Shown in pieces: positions 9,576 to 19,622 of a stretch of DNA of 64,000 nucleotides. Numbering within the stretch: position 1 is the stretch's first letter; each line of letters opens with the position of its first letter. This stretch comes from Candidatus Latescibacterota bacterium (lineage in GTDB: Bacteria; Latescibacterota; UBA2968): positions 4,064,001 to 4,128,000 of the forward strand of contig OZ242195.1 in assembly GCA_965205975.1 (NCBI GenBank), read 5' to 3'. A program made the translations under genes and the position numbers. The notes under the pieces were generated by a model. It was not told where the DNA came from, did not search any database, and worked only from the letters and a program-made list of their open reading frames with translations.

Positions 9576-10007
9576 CTACACCGGCGTCACACCCTTCTTC
9601 AAAATAACATTGCCGTATTTTGCCGTCTCCCCAGTCATAACAACCGCAAACGCATCTCTCGCCTGTTCGTAAAACGCAAAACGCTCAACGCGCGCAATAG
9701 GGGGTGTATCGGGCCATACCCTGTCAATAACAGCCCGGTAAGACGCCTCCACCGCGGGATCGAGCGCATCGCCCGGCACCGCATCCATCATAAAAACCGG
9801 ACTATCCACATACGTATCCAGCACAAACAGGGGCAAAATCGCTTCCAGCAACGCCGCAACCCCCAGACCGTCTGCCCGCAGCGTATTGGCATTCACCGAA
9901 TGCCCGGGAAAATGCGCATCTGCCAGAACAATCTCATCTCCGTGTCCCATGCGATAAATCGCAGCCAACAACTCGGGACTGAACAATGGGGATATACCAA
10001 CGAGCAT
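9576..10007 (-). CDS. fucU: RbsD/FucU family sugar mutarotase
   Basis: [26 protein letters not shown]...YGN.ILKKG. Confidence 0.85.
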   Translation of the reverse strand: MLVGISPLFSPELLAAIYRMGHGDEIVLADAHFPGHSVNANTLRADGLGVAALLEAILPLFVLDTYVDSPVFMMDAVPGDALDPAVEASYRAVIDRVWPDTPPIARVERFAFYEQARDAFAVVMTGETAKYGNVILKKGVTPV

Positions 10008-10026
10008 AGTGATCTCCTGTTTCCAA

Positions 10027-10764
10027 CTACCTGAAATGCGCATCCGCTGCGTGGGCTGATCTAAGCCCCTTGCTCATCCGCATCAATTGCTTTTGCCTAT
10101 CCGTGAGCCCGTCAAACCACTCAGGCGGAAACCCATCGTGGGGATCCACCTGAAACATACACATCCGCTTGCGATAATGACCGAACAACGCGTGGCGATT
10201 CGTCGTCCCCGTATTCGCCCCGCCGCCATGCCATATTTGACCGTTAATAACAATCACACAACCCGCAGATCCCTCGGGTTGTGCGATATGCTTGACAGAC
10301 ACATCCTCTGGCGGGACAACCAACCCGCTCTTATGCGAACCCGGCACCACGCGCGTACCGCCATTTATCGGCGAAAAATCATCCAGCATCCAGATCGTAT
10401 TCATCATAACTGGCGAACTGAAATTCAGCATCTCCAGCGGAATATCACTGTGCAAACCCTGGTCTGGATCGCCCGGGCGCACAATCCGGGCATTGAGACT
10501 CCCCAGAATAAGCGACTTCTCCAGATAATGCTCCAGCAACGGCAGAATCCGCGGATGGTCAATAGTCTTGTGAAAAACGCGATCCAGCACCGGCAAATTG
10601 GCAACGTGGCGAGCAGTACCCCGATTTCTGGCCTCCGTGCCAACTTCCTTTTCACAGCGCATAAGCGCCTCGCGCATATCGCCTGCTTCTTCAGTTGTCA
10701 AAACATTTTCGACAACCGTAAAGCCATAAACATCGAGTTCAAACAAGTGTTGTTGATTATTCAT
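10027..10764 (-). CDS. PhyH-family Fe(II)/2-oxoglutarate dioxygenase
   Basis: LHSD (HxD), W.LDDF...NG.T..VPGSH, WHGG. Confidence 0.9.
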   Translation of the reverse strand: MNNQQHLFELDVYGFTVVENVLTTEEAGDMREALMRCEKEVGTEARNRGTARHVANLPVLDRVFHKTIDHPRILPLLEHYLEKSLILGSLNARIVRPGDPDQGLHSDIPLEMLNFSSPVMMNTIWMLDDFSPINGGTRVVPGSHKSGLVVPPEDVSVKHIAQPEGSAGCVIVINGQIWHGGGANTGTTNRHALFGHYRKRMCMFQVDPHDGFPPEWFDGLTDRQKQLMRMSKGLRSAHAADAHFR

Positions 10765-10859
10765 ATTGTCCTCTATAGAAAGTAACCACAAAAAACCTTC
10801 TGGATCGCGGCTCAAAACCATGCCGCGATGACAGTCTCCCTTCACACTTCACACTTCTC

Positions 10860-12047
10860 CTACCAATTCGCATTCCCCTTATCCCAGGGATGCGCTTTGA
10901 GCACCTCTTCAACCATCTCGATACCCCATCCCGGACCTGAGGGAATCGTCAGATACCCATTCTCAATATGTGGCACATTCGCCACCATATCTTCGCGCCA
11001 GGGCACATCGTCAACATCAATCTCCATAATACGCACATTCGGCAAAACCGCGCACAGGCTGGCACTGATACATGTCGAAAGATGGCTATAATAATTGTGC
11101 GGCGCAACATTGAGTTGATACGCCTCGGCCAAATCCCCCACCTTCTTCGACTGGGCAAACCCATTCCACGGCACATCGATCATAAACACATCCGCAGAAC
11201 GCGCCTGGAAATAAGGAATAAACTCGCGCATATAAAACAAATTCTCACCCGTACAAATTTTAGTACTCGTCGCATCCTTAATTTGCCGAATCGCATCTGG
11301 CTCATACATATCGATCTCCAGCCACAGCAAATCAAATTGTTCGAGCACCTGGGCAATACGCATACACGACTCGGGTTTGAAATTAAAATTGAGATCCAGG
11401 TTGATATCGACATCCGGACCCACCGCATCTCGAAACGTACCAATAAGCGTCTCAATATGGCGGAGCATCTGCCGTGAAACCACGCCATCCGTCGTCCCCG
11501 GCTCCCCGCCAAATCCCCCAAAATACACGCCGGCAGGATCCCCCGGTATAACGATATTCGTCTTCAACGCCGTGTATCCCCTCGCCACAACCTCCCGCCC
11601 CAGCGCGGCAATATCATCCATCGTCCGAAGCGGTGGCGTATTGAGCAAATCGCTATTGCGCGCACGCGAAGTACCGCAATGCGACCAGTAAACGCGAACC
11701 CGCTCGCGCGTTGGACCCCCAAAAAGTTCCACAACAGAAATACCGAGCGCACGCGCCTTAATATCAATAAGCGCGAGTTCAACACCCGCAATAGCCTTCG
11801 CCGCAATCCCCCCCGGACTCTGCCGCGTCCCCCGCAACATATCCCAAAAGCGCATCTCATAAGCGCGCGGATCCTTGCCGATGAGCAAAGGCGTCAAATC
11901 GCGCACCGTACCCGTAACCCCATAGGGACTGCGACCATCGCTGCACTCTCCCCAGCCGCTAATACCTTCATCTGTATCCACCCGAACAAATATCCACGGG
12001 CGCCAACCCGCATCCACAATAAACGTCTCAATATTGGTAATCTTCAT
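10860..12047 (-). CDS. Mandelate racemase/muconate lactonising enzyme family (acid-sugar dehydratase-like)
   Basis: MKIT.IETF, V.TDEG..GWGE, DIKA.ALG..V..L.GG, TGE, APHN, P.GPGWG. Confidence 0.92.
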   Translation of the reverse strand: MKITNIETFIVDAGWRPWIFVRVDTDEGISGWGECSDGRSPYGVTGTVRDLTPLLIGKDPRAYEMRFWDMLRGTRQSPGGIAAKAIAGVELALIDIKARALGISVVELFGGPTRERVRVYWSHCGTSRARNSDLLNTPPLRTMDDIAALGREVVARGYTALKTNIVIPGDPAGVYFGGFGGEPGTTDGVVSRQMLRHIETLIGTFRDAVGPDVDINLDLNFNFKPESCMRIAQVLEQFDLLWLEIDMYEPDAIRQIKDATSTKICTGENLFYMREFIPYFQARSADVFMIDVPWNGFAQSKKVGDLAEAYQLNVAPHNYYSHLSTCISASLCAVLPNVRIMEIDVDDVPWREDMVANVPHIENGYLTIPSGPGWGIEMVEEVLKAHPWDKGNANW

Positions 12048-12057
12048 ATAATGTTCC

Positions 12058-12801
12058 TCATACCGGCGGATGTGTAACGCGATTAAACCCCATCGTATCC
12101 TCGCCGTGAATAACCGGAAGCGCGTGATCTTCGGAATCGTACTTGAGAACATGAACAATCGGAGGAATCGCGCGCACCGCCAGACCAATGCGACGCAAAT
12201 CCGAGAAATTGGCTTTCGAGTGATGCAACGTGCGCTCATTAAACAAAATAAACTCTCCGGGTTGCATCTCGAGATCGACCAGTTGCTCCGGATCGTAATA
12301 CCCCGCATCGGCCATCTCCTGAAACTGCACATCGGGCGTGGCTTTGACATGGGGAATTATTTTGCGATGTGACCCGGGAATAAGCTGCAAATTCCCATTC
12401 TCCTTAGTCGAAGCATCCACTGCAATCCACGCCGAAACAATAATCGGCGGCTCGAGCGGCCAATAATTGAAATCCTGATGCCAGGGAATCGCCTTCGTAC
12501 CCTTGTACTTGATAAAAAAATTTGTGCGCCACAACAACAAATCCGCCCCGTACAGCGCCACCATCCGGCTGAGAATCTCGGGATGCGTTGACAAATCGTA
12601 AACCACGCGACTATCCAGATGCCGGTTGTGAATGCGATTCTTAGCATTCGGCGGATCCGTCTCCAGCACCTTTTCAATCGCCGGACGAAGCTCCGCCATC
12701 TCCGCCTCCGAACACAGCGAATACGGACCGCTATAGCCCCGCGTGCGAAAATGCAGCAACTCCTCTTCCGTCAGTACCGCAGGTACTTCAGCTATTGCCA
12801 T
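12058..12801 (-). CDS. PhyH-family Fe(II)/2-oxoglutarate dioxygenase
   Basis: WHQD, SAWIA.D....NG.L..IPGSH, TLHHS. Confidence 0.9.
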   Translation of the reverse strand: MAIAEVPAVLTEEELLHFRTRGYSGPYSLCSEAEMAELRPAIEKVLETDPPNAKNRIHNRHLDSRVVYDLSTHPEILSRMVALYGADLLLWRTNFFIKYKGTKAIPWHQDFNYWPLEPPIIVSAWIAVDASTKENGNLQLIPGSHRKIIPHVKATPDVQFQEMADAGYYDPEQLVDLEMQPGEFILFNERTLHHSKANFSDLRRIGLAVRAIPPIVHVLKYDSEDHALPVIHGEDTMGFNRVTHPPV

Positions 12802-12802
12802 C

Positions 12803-13981
12803 TCATATCTCCTTTATTATATCACCAACCTCAATCCGATACATCTGCCGTCCATTGCCCTCATGAACTGAATCAATCACCACAAACTGCCCATCGGGGC
12901 TATAGCGCGGATGCAAATCACAACGCCACTCACCCGTATAGGGATCCGGCGACGGAAAAACACCCAGATCGACGCGCTTGCCAGTCGCAACGTGATACAG
13001 ATACGGAATCTGACTGCGGTCGCCCTGTGACGGATACGTATCGTTGAGAATCCACTCATTTCCCGGCAAATACGTACAGTGACCATTCACCGTCATAACC
13101 CCATCACCAATCACCTCTGGCTCCGCATCGGACAGATCCCGATAGCGATAAAACTTATTCCCGTGCGACGGGTGATACGCCCACCCGAGAATCGTCTCTG
13201 CATCGCGCCAGATAAAATGCGACATCTTGCCGTAATCATCAACCACATGCAAATTTGACCCATCGGCACTTGCCGTAATCATCCGCGTATCAAAACCGCC
13301 CTCTCCAAATCGCCAACGGTGCAAAAAAATGAACCGCGACCCATCCGTATTAAACAACAAATGATTAAAATAGTGCCGCGCCCCGGAAATATCGCCATGC
13401 GGATACGGAATCGCAGCAACCTCGGCAATCGCAACAACAAGCCTTGACTCACCCGTCTCCAGATCCACAGAATAAACACCCACATCATCCGGCGCGCGCA
13501 CATCGCGATTGGGATCGGGAATCCCCGCATACCCATACCCGGGCCGCATGTGATTAATCCGACGGAAATCCGCACCAATAGCAGTCTTCCCATCGGGTGA
13601 AACCGTATAAATCGCCTGCGGAAGCGTCCGGGCCGCCCCCGTTTTCACATTGTAAATCCGCGAGACAAACGCATCCCCCTCGCGATCATTAAAAATAACC
13701 TCCGTATCCGAATTGGGAATCCACTGCAACATACACCCCTGTTGCCAGCACCAGGCCCGGGTGCGCCCAAACTCAGACCACGTATCGCCATCCTTCATAT
13801 CAATAATACCCAGCCCGACCGTATCATCCGCCTCAGGCGACCGGTGTTCAAAATCCACCGCCATACCGAGCGCGTATCGGCCTGAAGGGTCTATTTGCCA
13901 CTTGTCGTAATAACCAAACCAGTGGTATTCCGGTCCCCGAGTAATCGCGCGAATGGGGGGATAATCAGACATTTTATTCAC
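12803..13981 (-). CDS. Beta-propeller protein (oligogalacturonate lyase/TolB-like)
   Basis: WFGYYD, WQQG..LQW, H..F.DG.RF.F.HRW, SH..W, RCDLHPR.SPDG. Confidence 0.7.
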   Translation of the reverse strand: MNKMSDYPPIRAITRGPEYHWFGYYDKWQIDPSGRYALGMAVDFEHRSPEADDTVGLGIIDMKDGDTWSEFGRTRAWCWQQGCMLQWIPNSDTEVIFNDREGDAFVSRIYNVKTGAARTLPQAIYTVSPDGKTAIGADFRRINHMRPGYGYAGIPDPNRDVRAPDDVGVYSVDLETGESRLVVAIAEVAAIPYPHGDISGARHYFNHLLFNTDGSRFIFLHRWRFGEGGFDTRMITASADGSNLHVVDDYGKMSHFIWRDAETILGWAYHPSHGNKFYRYRDLSDAEPEVIGDGVMTVNGHCTYLPGNEWILNDTYPSQGDRSQIPYLYHVATGKRVDLGVFPSPDPYTGEWRCDLHPRYSPDGQFVVIDSVHEGNGRQMYRIEVGDIIKEI

Positions 13982-14120
13982 CTTCGAAAAAATAAGCGAT
14001 CAGCAAAACAAGCGACGTAGCGAAGCGAATATCCAGATCCCGTCCATCCGGACGGCGCAAATTTGTCCTTCTTGCGCCAGAATCTATCAATAATGAGACC
14101 TGACTTTCGCGCATCTTCCC

Positions 14121-14150
14121 TTTGACACGGATTTGGACACTCTTTGACAC
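14121..14150. repeat. Three tandem TT(T/G)GACAC motifs
   Basis: At 14121, 14133 and 14143; reverse complement of the GTGTCAAA core of the arrays at 55.9-56.1 kb. Confidence 0.55.
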
Positions 14151-14307
14151 ATTTAGAAAAACATAAAGGACTCTAAAGCCTAATAATACAATAATTTAAA
14201 TAACAACAGTGTCGCTTTAAGTATAACATAAATTATGCTTCAAATAACATTCTCGCAACCGTTATAAGAACCGCTATATAACCTTTCGACTCGATGATTT
14301 TGTCCCC

Positions 14308-15636
14308 GGTCAAGTCCAAAAAGTTCTGTAAAATAGTAGCTCCGTGAAATAGGGGTCAGTGATTTTGTTTTAGGTACGTCATGTCCAGATAGCGTCTGCC
14401 TGTGATCCACTCATCAGACCATTCCATACACAACGCGCCGATGAGACGTTCACAAGCCTTCTGGTTGGGGAAGATCTGCACGACATCGGCACGTCTTTTG
14501 ATCTCCCGGTTGAGTCTCTCCAACAGGTTGGTGGTACGAATGCGTCTTTGGTGCTGTTGTGGAAAGTGGAAGCAGGCCAGAGCATGGATAATATCCTGGT
14601 CTATCTTGTCCACGAGCTTGGGCAGTATCTCTTCATAGGTGTCCATCATAGCAGATAGGCGCGCTTGTGCAGTGGCCTGATCGGGGGCATTGAAAACGTC
14701 TTTGAGTGCTTGGGCAACTTCGCGTTGATACTTAGGCGGTGTAATGCCTTTGACATTTCTGTGAAAATGGGTTTGACAATGCTGCCAAGAAGCCCCTTGA
14801 AAGTGTCGTTTGATGGCGTTTTGTAAGCCTTCGTGGTGGTCAGAGATAACCAGTTGCACACCCTTTAACCCACGCTTTTTAAGGTCTTTAAACAAATCCC
14901 CATACGTGGCTTCTGTCTCGGTGTGCGCCACGTCAATGGCCAAAATGTCGCGGTGCCCACTCTCTGCGATCCCAGAAACGATTAAGACGGCCTCAGAAGC
15001 GACCTGTCCTCGACTACGGATGTGGAGATAGGTCGCATCAATGATCAGATAAGGGTATCCTTGCTCAAGGGAACGCCCCCGCCAGGCTTTAATATCTGCA
15101 TCCAGGTCTTGACAAAGCTGTGAGACTTGGGACTTTGAAAAAGAGGTGCCACACAAGGCTTCTGTGATCTTTGTCACTTTGCGTGTGGAGACCCCTTGCA
15201 AATACGCCTCTTGAAGGGCAAGAATCAGTGCTTTTTCACTGCGTTGAAACCGTGAGAATAACTCACTACTAAATCGCCCTTCCCGATCTTGAGGCACGCA
15301 CAACTCGATACGGCCTACGCGCGTCTTGAGGACACGAGGCTTATATCCGTTACGGTAGCCTGTCCGCTCGCCAGTTCTTTCATAAGGTTCTGCTTGTAAA
15401 CACGACGTGATCTCGGCTTCCATAAACTGTTGCAGGAAGCGGGTGATGGCCTGATTGAGAAAATCAGGGTCATTCAAAAGTGCAAATTGCTCTGGCGCGG
15501 CAATTTTTATATCTTTGGGGTAAGTCATCGTAGCCTCCAAGGTTAGGGTTTATATTACTACTCACCCCTATTTTAAGATTTTTCTCGGAGCTACGGTGAC
15601 TTTTTTTCCTTTTTACAGAAATTTAAGGACGCTATC
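14308..15636 (-). mobile_element. Complete IS256-family insertion sequence (1329 bp)
   Basis: 26-bp imperfect terminal inverted repeats (19/26); 8-bp target duplication TTGTCCCC at 14300-14307 and 15637-15644. Confidence 0.93.
14356..15540 (-). CDS. IS256 (Mutator) family transposase
   Basis: YRNGY, VP.DR.G.F, GVSTRKV, IDA, VISD.H.GL, WQ.C..HF.RN, RTTN.LERLNREIKRR. Confidence 0.97.
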   Translation of the reverse strand: MEATMTYPKDIKIAAPEQFALLNDPDFLNQAITRFLQQFMEAEITSCLQAEPYERTGERTGYRNGYKPRVLKTRVGRIELCVPQDREGRFSSELFSRFQRSEKALILALQEAYLQGVSTRKVTKITEALCGTSFSKSQVSQLCQDLDADIKAWRGRSLEQGYPYLIIDATYLHIRSRGQVASEAVLIVSGIAESGHRDILAIDVAHTETEATYGDLFKDLKKRGLKGVQLVISDHHEGLQNAIKRHFQGASWQHCQTHFHRNVKGITPPKYQREVAQALKDVFNAPDQATAQARLSAMMDTYEEILPKLVDKIDQDIIHALACFHFPQQHQRRIRTTNLLERLNREIKRRADVVQIFPNQKACERLIGALCMEWSDEWITGRRYLDMTYLKQNH

Positions 15637-15735
15637 TTGTCCCCCAGCCCTACCGCATCGACTGGCAATACCATAGATTCTAACTTCAGATCGCACGCGA
15701 TGGGATGCGACAAAAACTCGAGAGGAGGTGAAATC

Positions 15736-15912
15736 ATGGCCGACTCAAAAACTCAAGAATGGGCTACTGAGCGCGGGAAGACCGACGCGATCAAAGGCCA
15801 GTACAATAACGTGTCAAATCCTTCTGGATTTGGCATCCTGAAGTCCAATGACCCGATTCTGGCCGAGAAGTACGACCAGGGCTACTACGGCGAGAAGAAT
15901 AGCGAAGAATAG
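15736..15912 (+). CDS. Small hypothetical protein (58 aa)
   Basis: Very strong RBS GAGGAGGTGA directly upstream of the ATG. Confidence 0.6.
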   Translation: MADSKTQEWATERGKTDAIKGQYNNVSNPSGFGILKSNDPILAEKYDQGYYGEKNSEE

Positions 15913-16074
15913 CGAAAAGAATAGCTAGGTTTGCTGTTCATTTCGCATCTAAGACGGTAGCATAATGTGTTTCCAACGCGTGCGATTACTCACTCCAAGC
16001 TATCCATCATCGTTTTTCGAAAGCTGAGACTTGAAGACTCCCAAAACTGCAACTTAAAGGAGGTGAAGCACAAC

Positions 16075-16173
16075 ATGGGCAAAATTTCTTCTTCACGTTG
16101 TCAAGAGCTCAGGACTCGAGCTGAGACCGCGCTCAAGGGACGACGAAGGGGCGTCCTTCGACCAGCAGGTTGA
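16075..16173 (+). CDS. Putative basic micro-peptide (32 aa)
   Basis: Strong RBS AAGGAGGTGA; MGKISSSRCQELRTRAETALKGRRRGVLRPAG. Confidence 0.4.
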   Translation: MGKISSSRCQELRTRAETALKGRRRGVLRPAG

Positions 16174-16521
16174 CTGGCGGCGAAGACACTCCCAGGACAT
16201 GCACAGAGAAAAATATTTATGACGCTGTCCGGTTTAAAAGAAAGTGATCCGTTCAATCGGGCCATTTGTAGTTTCTGTTCTTACAGATAACTGATCAAAC
16301 CCTGGTGCATCGTGGCAAAGATGTACCGATTCTCGCATATTCGATGATTTAGGTCATAGCACAGCCGATATGCAAGATCCTCTTACCACGATGCACTGGA
16401 CTTGACCCTGCGAAAATTCCATTTGACATTGCACTATGAAAGGTTATTTAATGCTGCGACACGACAAAGTTTGCTGGACAGATATCAAAAACAGTATATC
16501 CGGGTTGAGGAGTCTCAAGAT

Positions 16522-17553
16522 ATGGATGTTAGCTTAACTACCCCAAAAATACGTCAGTATATCATTTTAGGATTCTTCTGCTTATTATATGTTGTGTACT
16601 CTGTGCTGACATTGCAGGAGCTAATACCAATACCAAAATTGGGTAATAATTACCAGGTGACTGACTATACAGTATTCAAAAATTCATTGACTCCTGGTAA
16701 ATCAGCAATAAAGAGTCTTCTGCATATTCTAATTCTTTTTAAATCTTTTTTCCTGCTCAAATCCATAAGCAAAAAGTGGGGTTGGGACATACTACCTTTA
16801 CAGAAGTGGCCGATCAGAAAGATCATAACAATTTTTGTCATCGTCCTTGTCAGCCAGATTATTATTACGATTGCAGAATTCATTATCACCGGAAGGAGTT
16901 TATGGCCTCTAATTAACCTCCTCCGAGAAGTTTCCGAGACATTGCTGGATTACGATCAGTACTATTACTTATTTTATTTTTTCGCTATGGGCTTGGCGAA
17001 AATATTGATACCAGGGATGATCTTAACGTCCCTCATCCTCATTCCAAAGATAATATTTGACGAGAAAGAAGTACTGCTTAAAATGGTCGAAAGCGAAAAA
17101 CGCGAAAATCAACAATTGCAAAAACAGGTTGAAGAAAAGGCAAACATTATTATTATCCAGTGGAATAAAACAAAATTCAGTCCGATTGACTTAAACAACA
17201 TTTCTCTTTTCACAACCGGAAACAGTTGTGTGCAGGTTTATGACAAACAATTGAATGAAGTATTAGAGGCTACGGAAGATTCCCTCACGAAAATTGAGAA
17301 GAAAATTGAAAATTCTGGTTGGAGCGAAGACAAATTTCTGCGTGTCTCAGATAGCCTACTTATCAAGCCGAGTAGTATAAGAGTTTGGGTAACAGATTCT
17401 GGTGAAGACGTTATATATTTGAAGTATTACCGTAAATACGGAGAAACTATTCTCGGCCAAAAAGTCGTAAACGGAATTAAGGTATCCAACTCCAAAAAAT
17501 ATGGAGAAAACCAACAGATAATGCGGGATATGTTTCAGTCTAAAAAAATATGA
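16522..17553 (+). CDS. Multi-TM membrane protein with C-terminal LytTR-like DNA-binding domain
   Basis: About 4 hydrophobic helices and a coiled-coil linker, then IDLNNI..F....N.V.V...SLTKIE...FLRVSDSLLI, resembling LytTR; AT-rich. Confidence 0.7.
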   Translation: MDVSLTTPKIRQYIILGFFCLLYVVYSVLTLQELIPIPKLGNNYQVTDYTVFKNSLTPGKSAIKSLLHILILFKSFFLLKSISKKWGWDILPLQKWPIRKIITIFVIVLVSQIIITIAEFIITGRSLWPLINLLREVSETLLDYDQYYYLFYFFAMGLAKILIPGMILTSLILIPKIIFDEKEVLLKMVESEKRENQQLQKQVEEKANIIIIQWNKTKFSPIDLNNISLFTTGNSCVQVYDKQLNEVLEATEDSLTKIEKKIENSGWSEDKFLRVSDSLLIKPSSIRVWVTDSGEDVIYLKYYRKYGETILGQKVVNGIKVSNSKKYGENQQIMRDMFQSKKI

Positions 17554-17556
17554 CAT

Positions 17557-17586
17557 ACCGCCTAGCCTTTGTCGTGGCGGTTTTTG
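17557..17586 (+). terminator. Intrinsic terminator
   Basis: ACCGCC...GGCGGT plus T-run after the LytTR-like gene. Confidence 0.6.
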
Positions 17587-17769
17587 TTGTACGCCCAAGC
17601 GTACTTACATCCTGTACCCCAATTGCTATCCCACCATTCATCACCCCTTCAAAAAGCCTCCACGCCTTATCTTAAAGCAGTCGGCACTCAGCCTACATGA
17701 CCCAAAATCGTTGTGAGTTTCGATCTGTATTTCACATCTGGACTGCGGCTCAACATCCTGTCCTGCACC

Positions 17770-17827
17770 ATAGACCATTGACTTTTTACTTTGATAGCAT
17801 ATCTTCTTCAAAAAAGCCGCCCCCTCT
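17770..17827 (+). repeat. Promoter-containing direct repeat, copy 1 (copy 2 at 19541-19600)
   Basis: ATAGACCATTGACTTTTT..GATAGCATATCTT..CCGCCCCCTCT; TTGACT-N16-TATCTT. Confidence 0.65.
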
Positions 17828-17976
17828 ATCCAAAGGCCCAGAGCATCTCGCATGGCAAAATTTGATACCATCTCCAACACTTGATTTAATCTTATCCCGA
17901 CGATTTCTCATGCTTCACACCCGAACAAGACAATGTCGAGGTCATTTGAAAAAATCGCAAGGCAAAGGTGCATAAA

Positions 17977-19524
17977 ATGACCAAACGCAGACTGCCCATT
18001 GGCATTCAGACCTTTCGCAAAATTCGGGAGGAAAACTGCTACTATGTCGATAAAACGGCCCACATACAGCGGCTGATAGACGAGGACACGCACTACTTTT
18101 TATCGCGTCCGCGTCGGTTTGGCAAAAGCCTGTTTCTGGACACGTTGAAGGAACTGTTCGAGGGCAATGAACCGCTGTTTGAGGGGCTGTACATCCACGA
18201 CCACTGGGACTGGTCTGTTCGCTATCCTGTCCTGCGCCTCGACTTTGGCAGCGGCAATTTTGATGCGCCTGGGATCTTGCACAAAGAGGTGATGGCACAA
18301 CTGGACGCCGTAGAAAAAGAAACAGGCGTAGAAAGCCACTACGATACGGCTTCCGCACGCTTTCGCCATATCATCCAGATGTTGCATAGCCAGGCGGGAC
18401 AGCGCGTTGTCGTTCTGGTTGATGAATACGACAAACCGATCTTAGATGTGCTGGATGAGCCTGAAGTCGCCCGTGCCAACCGCGATTTTCTGCGGGGTCT
18501 GTACTCGACGATCAAGTCCAACGATGCCCATGTCAAGTTCACATTCCTCACTGGCGTCAGCAAGTTCTCAAAAGTACATCTGTTCTCTGGCCTCAACAAC
18601 CTCACAGACATCACCATTGACCCGAGCTATTCCGCCTTATGCGGCTACACCGAGGAGGACCTCGACACGGTATTCGCGCCAGAGCTGCCGGGTCTGGATC
18701 GAGATGAAATCCGCGACTGGTACAACGGCTATAGCTGGCGGGGACAGGAGAAAGTGTATAACCCCTTCGACATCCTCCTGCTGTTCCGAAAACGCAACTT
18801 CGAAGCCTACTGGTTCGAGACCGGCACCCCCACCTTTCTCATTGAGACCCTGTTCAAACGCCAGGTCAGTTCCTTGAAACTCGACGAGATGATCGGCAGT
18901 AGCAACTTGCTATCGACCTTCGATGTGGATAACATTGCGACCGAAGCTCTGCTATTCCAGACCGGATATCTGACCATTACCGGTGAGGAGAACCTCGGCG
19001 GCACGTCATTCTATCGGTTGGGCTATCCCAATCGTGAGGTGCGTCAAAGTCTCAATGAGAGCCTCCTGGACTACCTGTTGAAAGATTCGTCCGGCCAGAT
19101 GGCGAACAGCGTGCAACTCTACCGTTTGCTGGGAGCCAACGACTTTGCTGGCCTCAAAACCTTATTCCACGCCTTTTATGCCAGCATTCCCTACGAGTGG
19201 TACACCAACAACGACATCGCCAAATTTGAAGGCTACTACGCCAGCGTGTTCTACTCCTATTTCGCGGGACTGGGGCTCAATATTACGGTAGAGGACAGCA
19301 GCAGCCATGGGCGTGTGGATATGACCGTTCACTTCAACGATAACATCTATCTATTCGAGTTCAAGGTGGTGGAACTGGCGTCTGAGGGTGCTGCGATGGC
19401 GCAATTGCAGGAAAAGGGATACGCGGACAAATACCGGGGTCTGGATCAGCCGATTCACCTGATCGGGGTAGAATTCAGCAAGGACACCCGCAATATAACC
19501 GCCTTTGAGGTCGTACATGCGTGA
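17977..19524 (+). CDS. AAA-ATPase-like domain plus PD-(D/E)XK nuclease protein
   Basis: LPIGIQTF, YYVDKT, RPRRFGKSL, VDEYDKP, FLTGVSKF, E..Y, GR.D, FEFK. Confidence 0.92.
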   Translation: MTKRRLPIGIQTFRKIREENCYYVDKTAHIQRLIDEDTHYFLSRPRRFGKSLFLDTLKELFEGNEPLFEGLYIHDHWDWSVRYPVLRLDFGSGNFDAPGILHKEVMAQLDAVEKETGVESHYDTASARFRHIIQMLHSQAGQRVVVLVDEYDKPILDVLDEPEVARANRDFLRGLYSTIKSNDAHVKFTFLTGVSKFSKVHLFSGLNNLTDITIDPSYSALCGYTEEDLDTVFAPELPGLDRDEIRDWYNGYSWRGQEKVYNPFDILLLFRKRNFEAYWFETGTPTFLIETLFKRQVSSLKLDEMIGSSNLLSTFDVDNIATEALLFQTGYLTITGEENLGGTSFYRLGYPNREVRQSLNESLLDYLLKDSSGQMANSVQLYRLLGANDFAGLKTLFHAFYASIPYEWYTNNDIAKFEGYYASVFYSYFAGLGLNITVEDSSSHGRVDMTVHFNDNIYLFEFKVVELASEGAAMAQLQEKGYADKYRGLDQPIHLIGVEFSKDTRNITAFEVVHA

Positions 19525-19622
19525 CGCGATGACGGGAGCTATAGACCATTGACTTTTTGCTGGGATAGCATATCTTGTTTATATGACTCCGCCCCCTCTC
19601 CCCAAAGAGAAACAGGAGATCT

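Noticed and set aside
10860..12350. Extended ORF-track starts (also 7655-9574, 23607, 38931-39860, 49217)
   Set aside because: The extensions overlap neighbouring genes or leaders; downstream ATGs have an RBS and/or family-typical N-termini.
12058..12801. SyrB2/CmaB-like halogenase (LLWRT.FF.KY resemblance)
   Set aside because: It retains the HxD carboxylate ligand (WHQD) that halogenases replace with Ala or Gly, and there is no carrier-protein gene nearby.
14000..14100. tRNA or known ncRNA at the islet border
   Set aside because: Only two short hairpins; no cloverleaf or T-loop.
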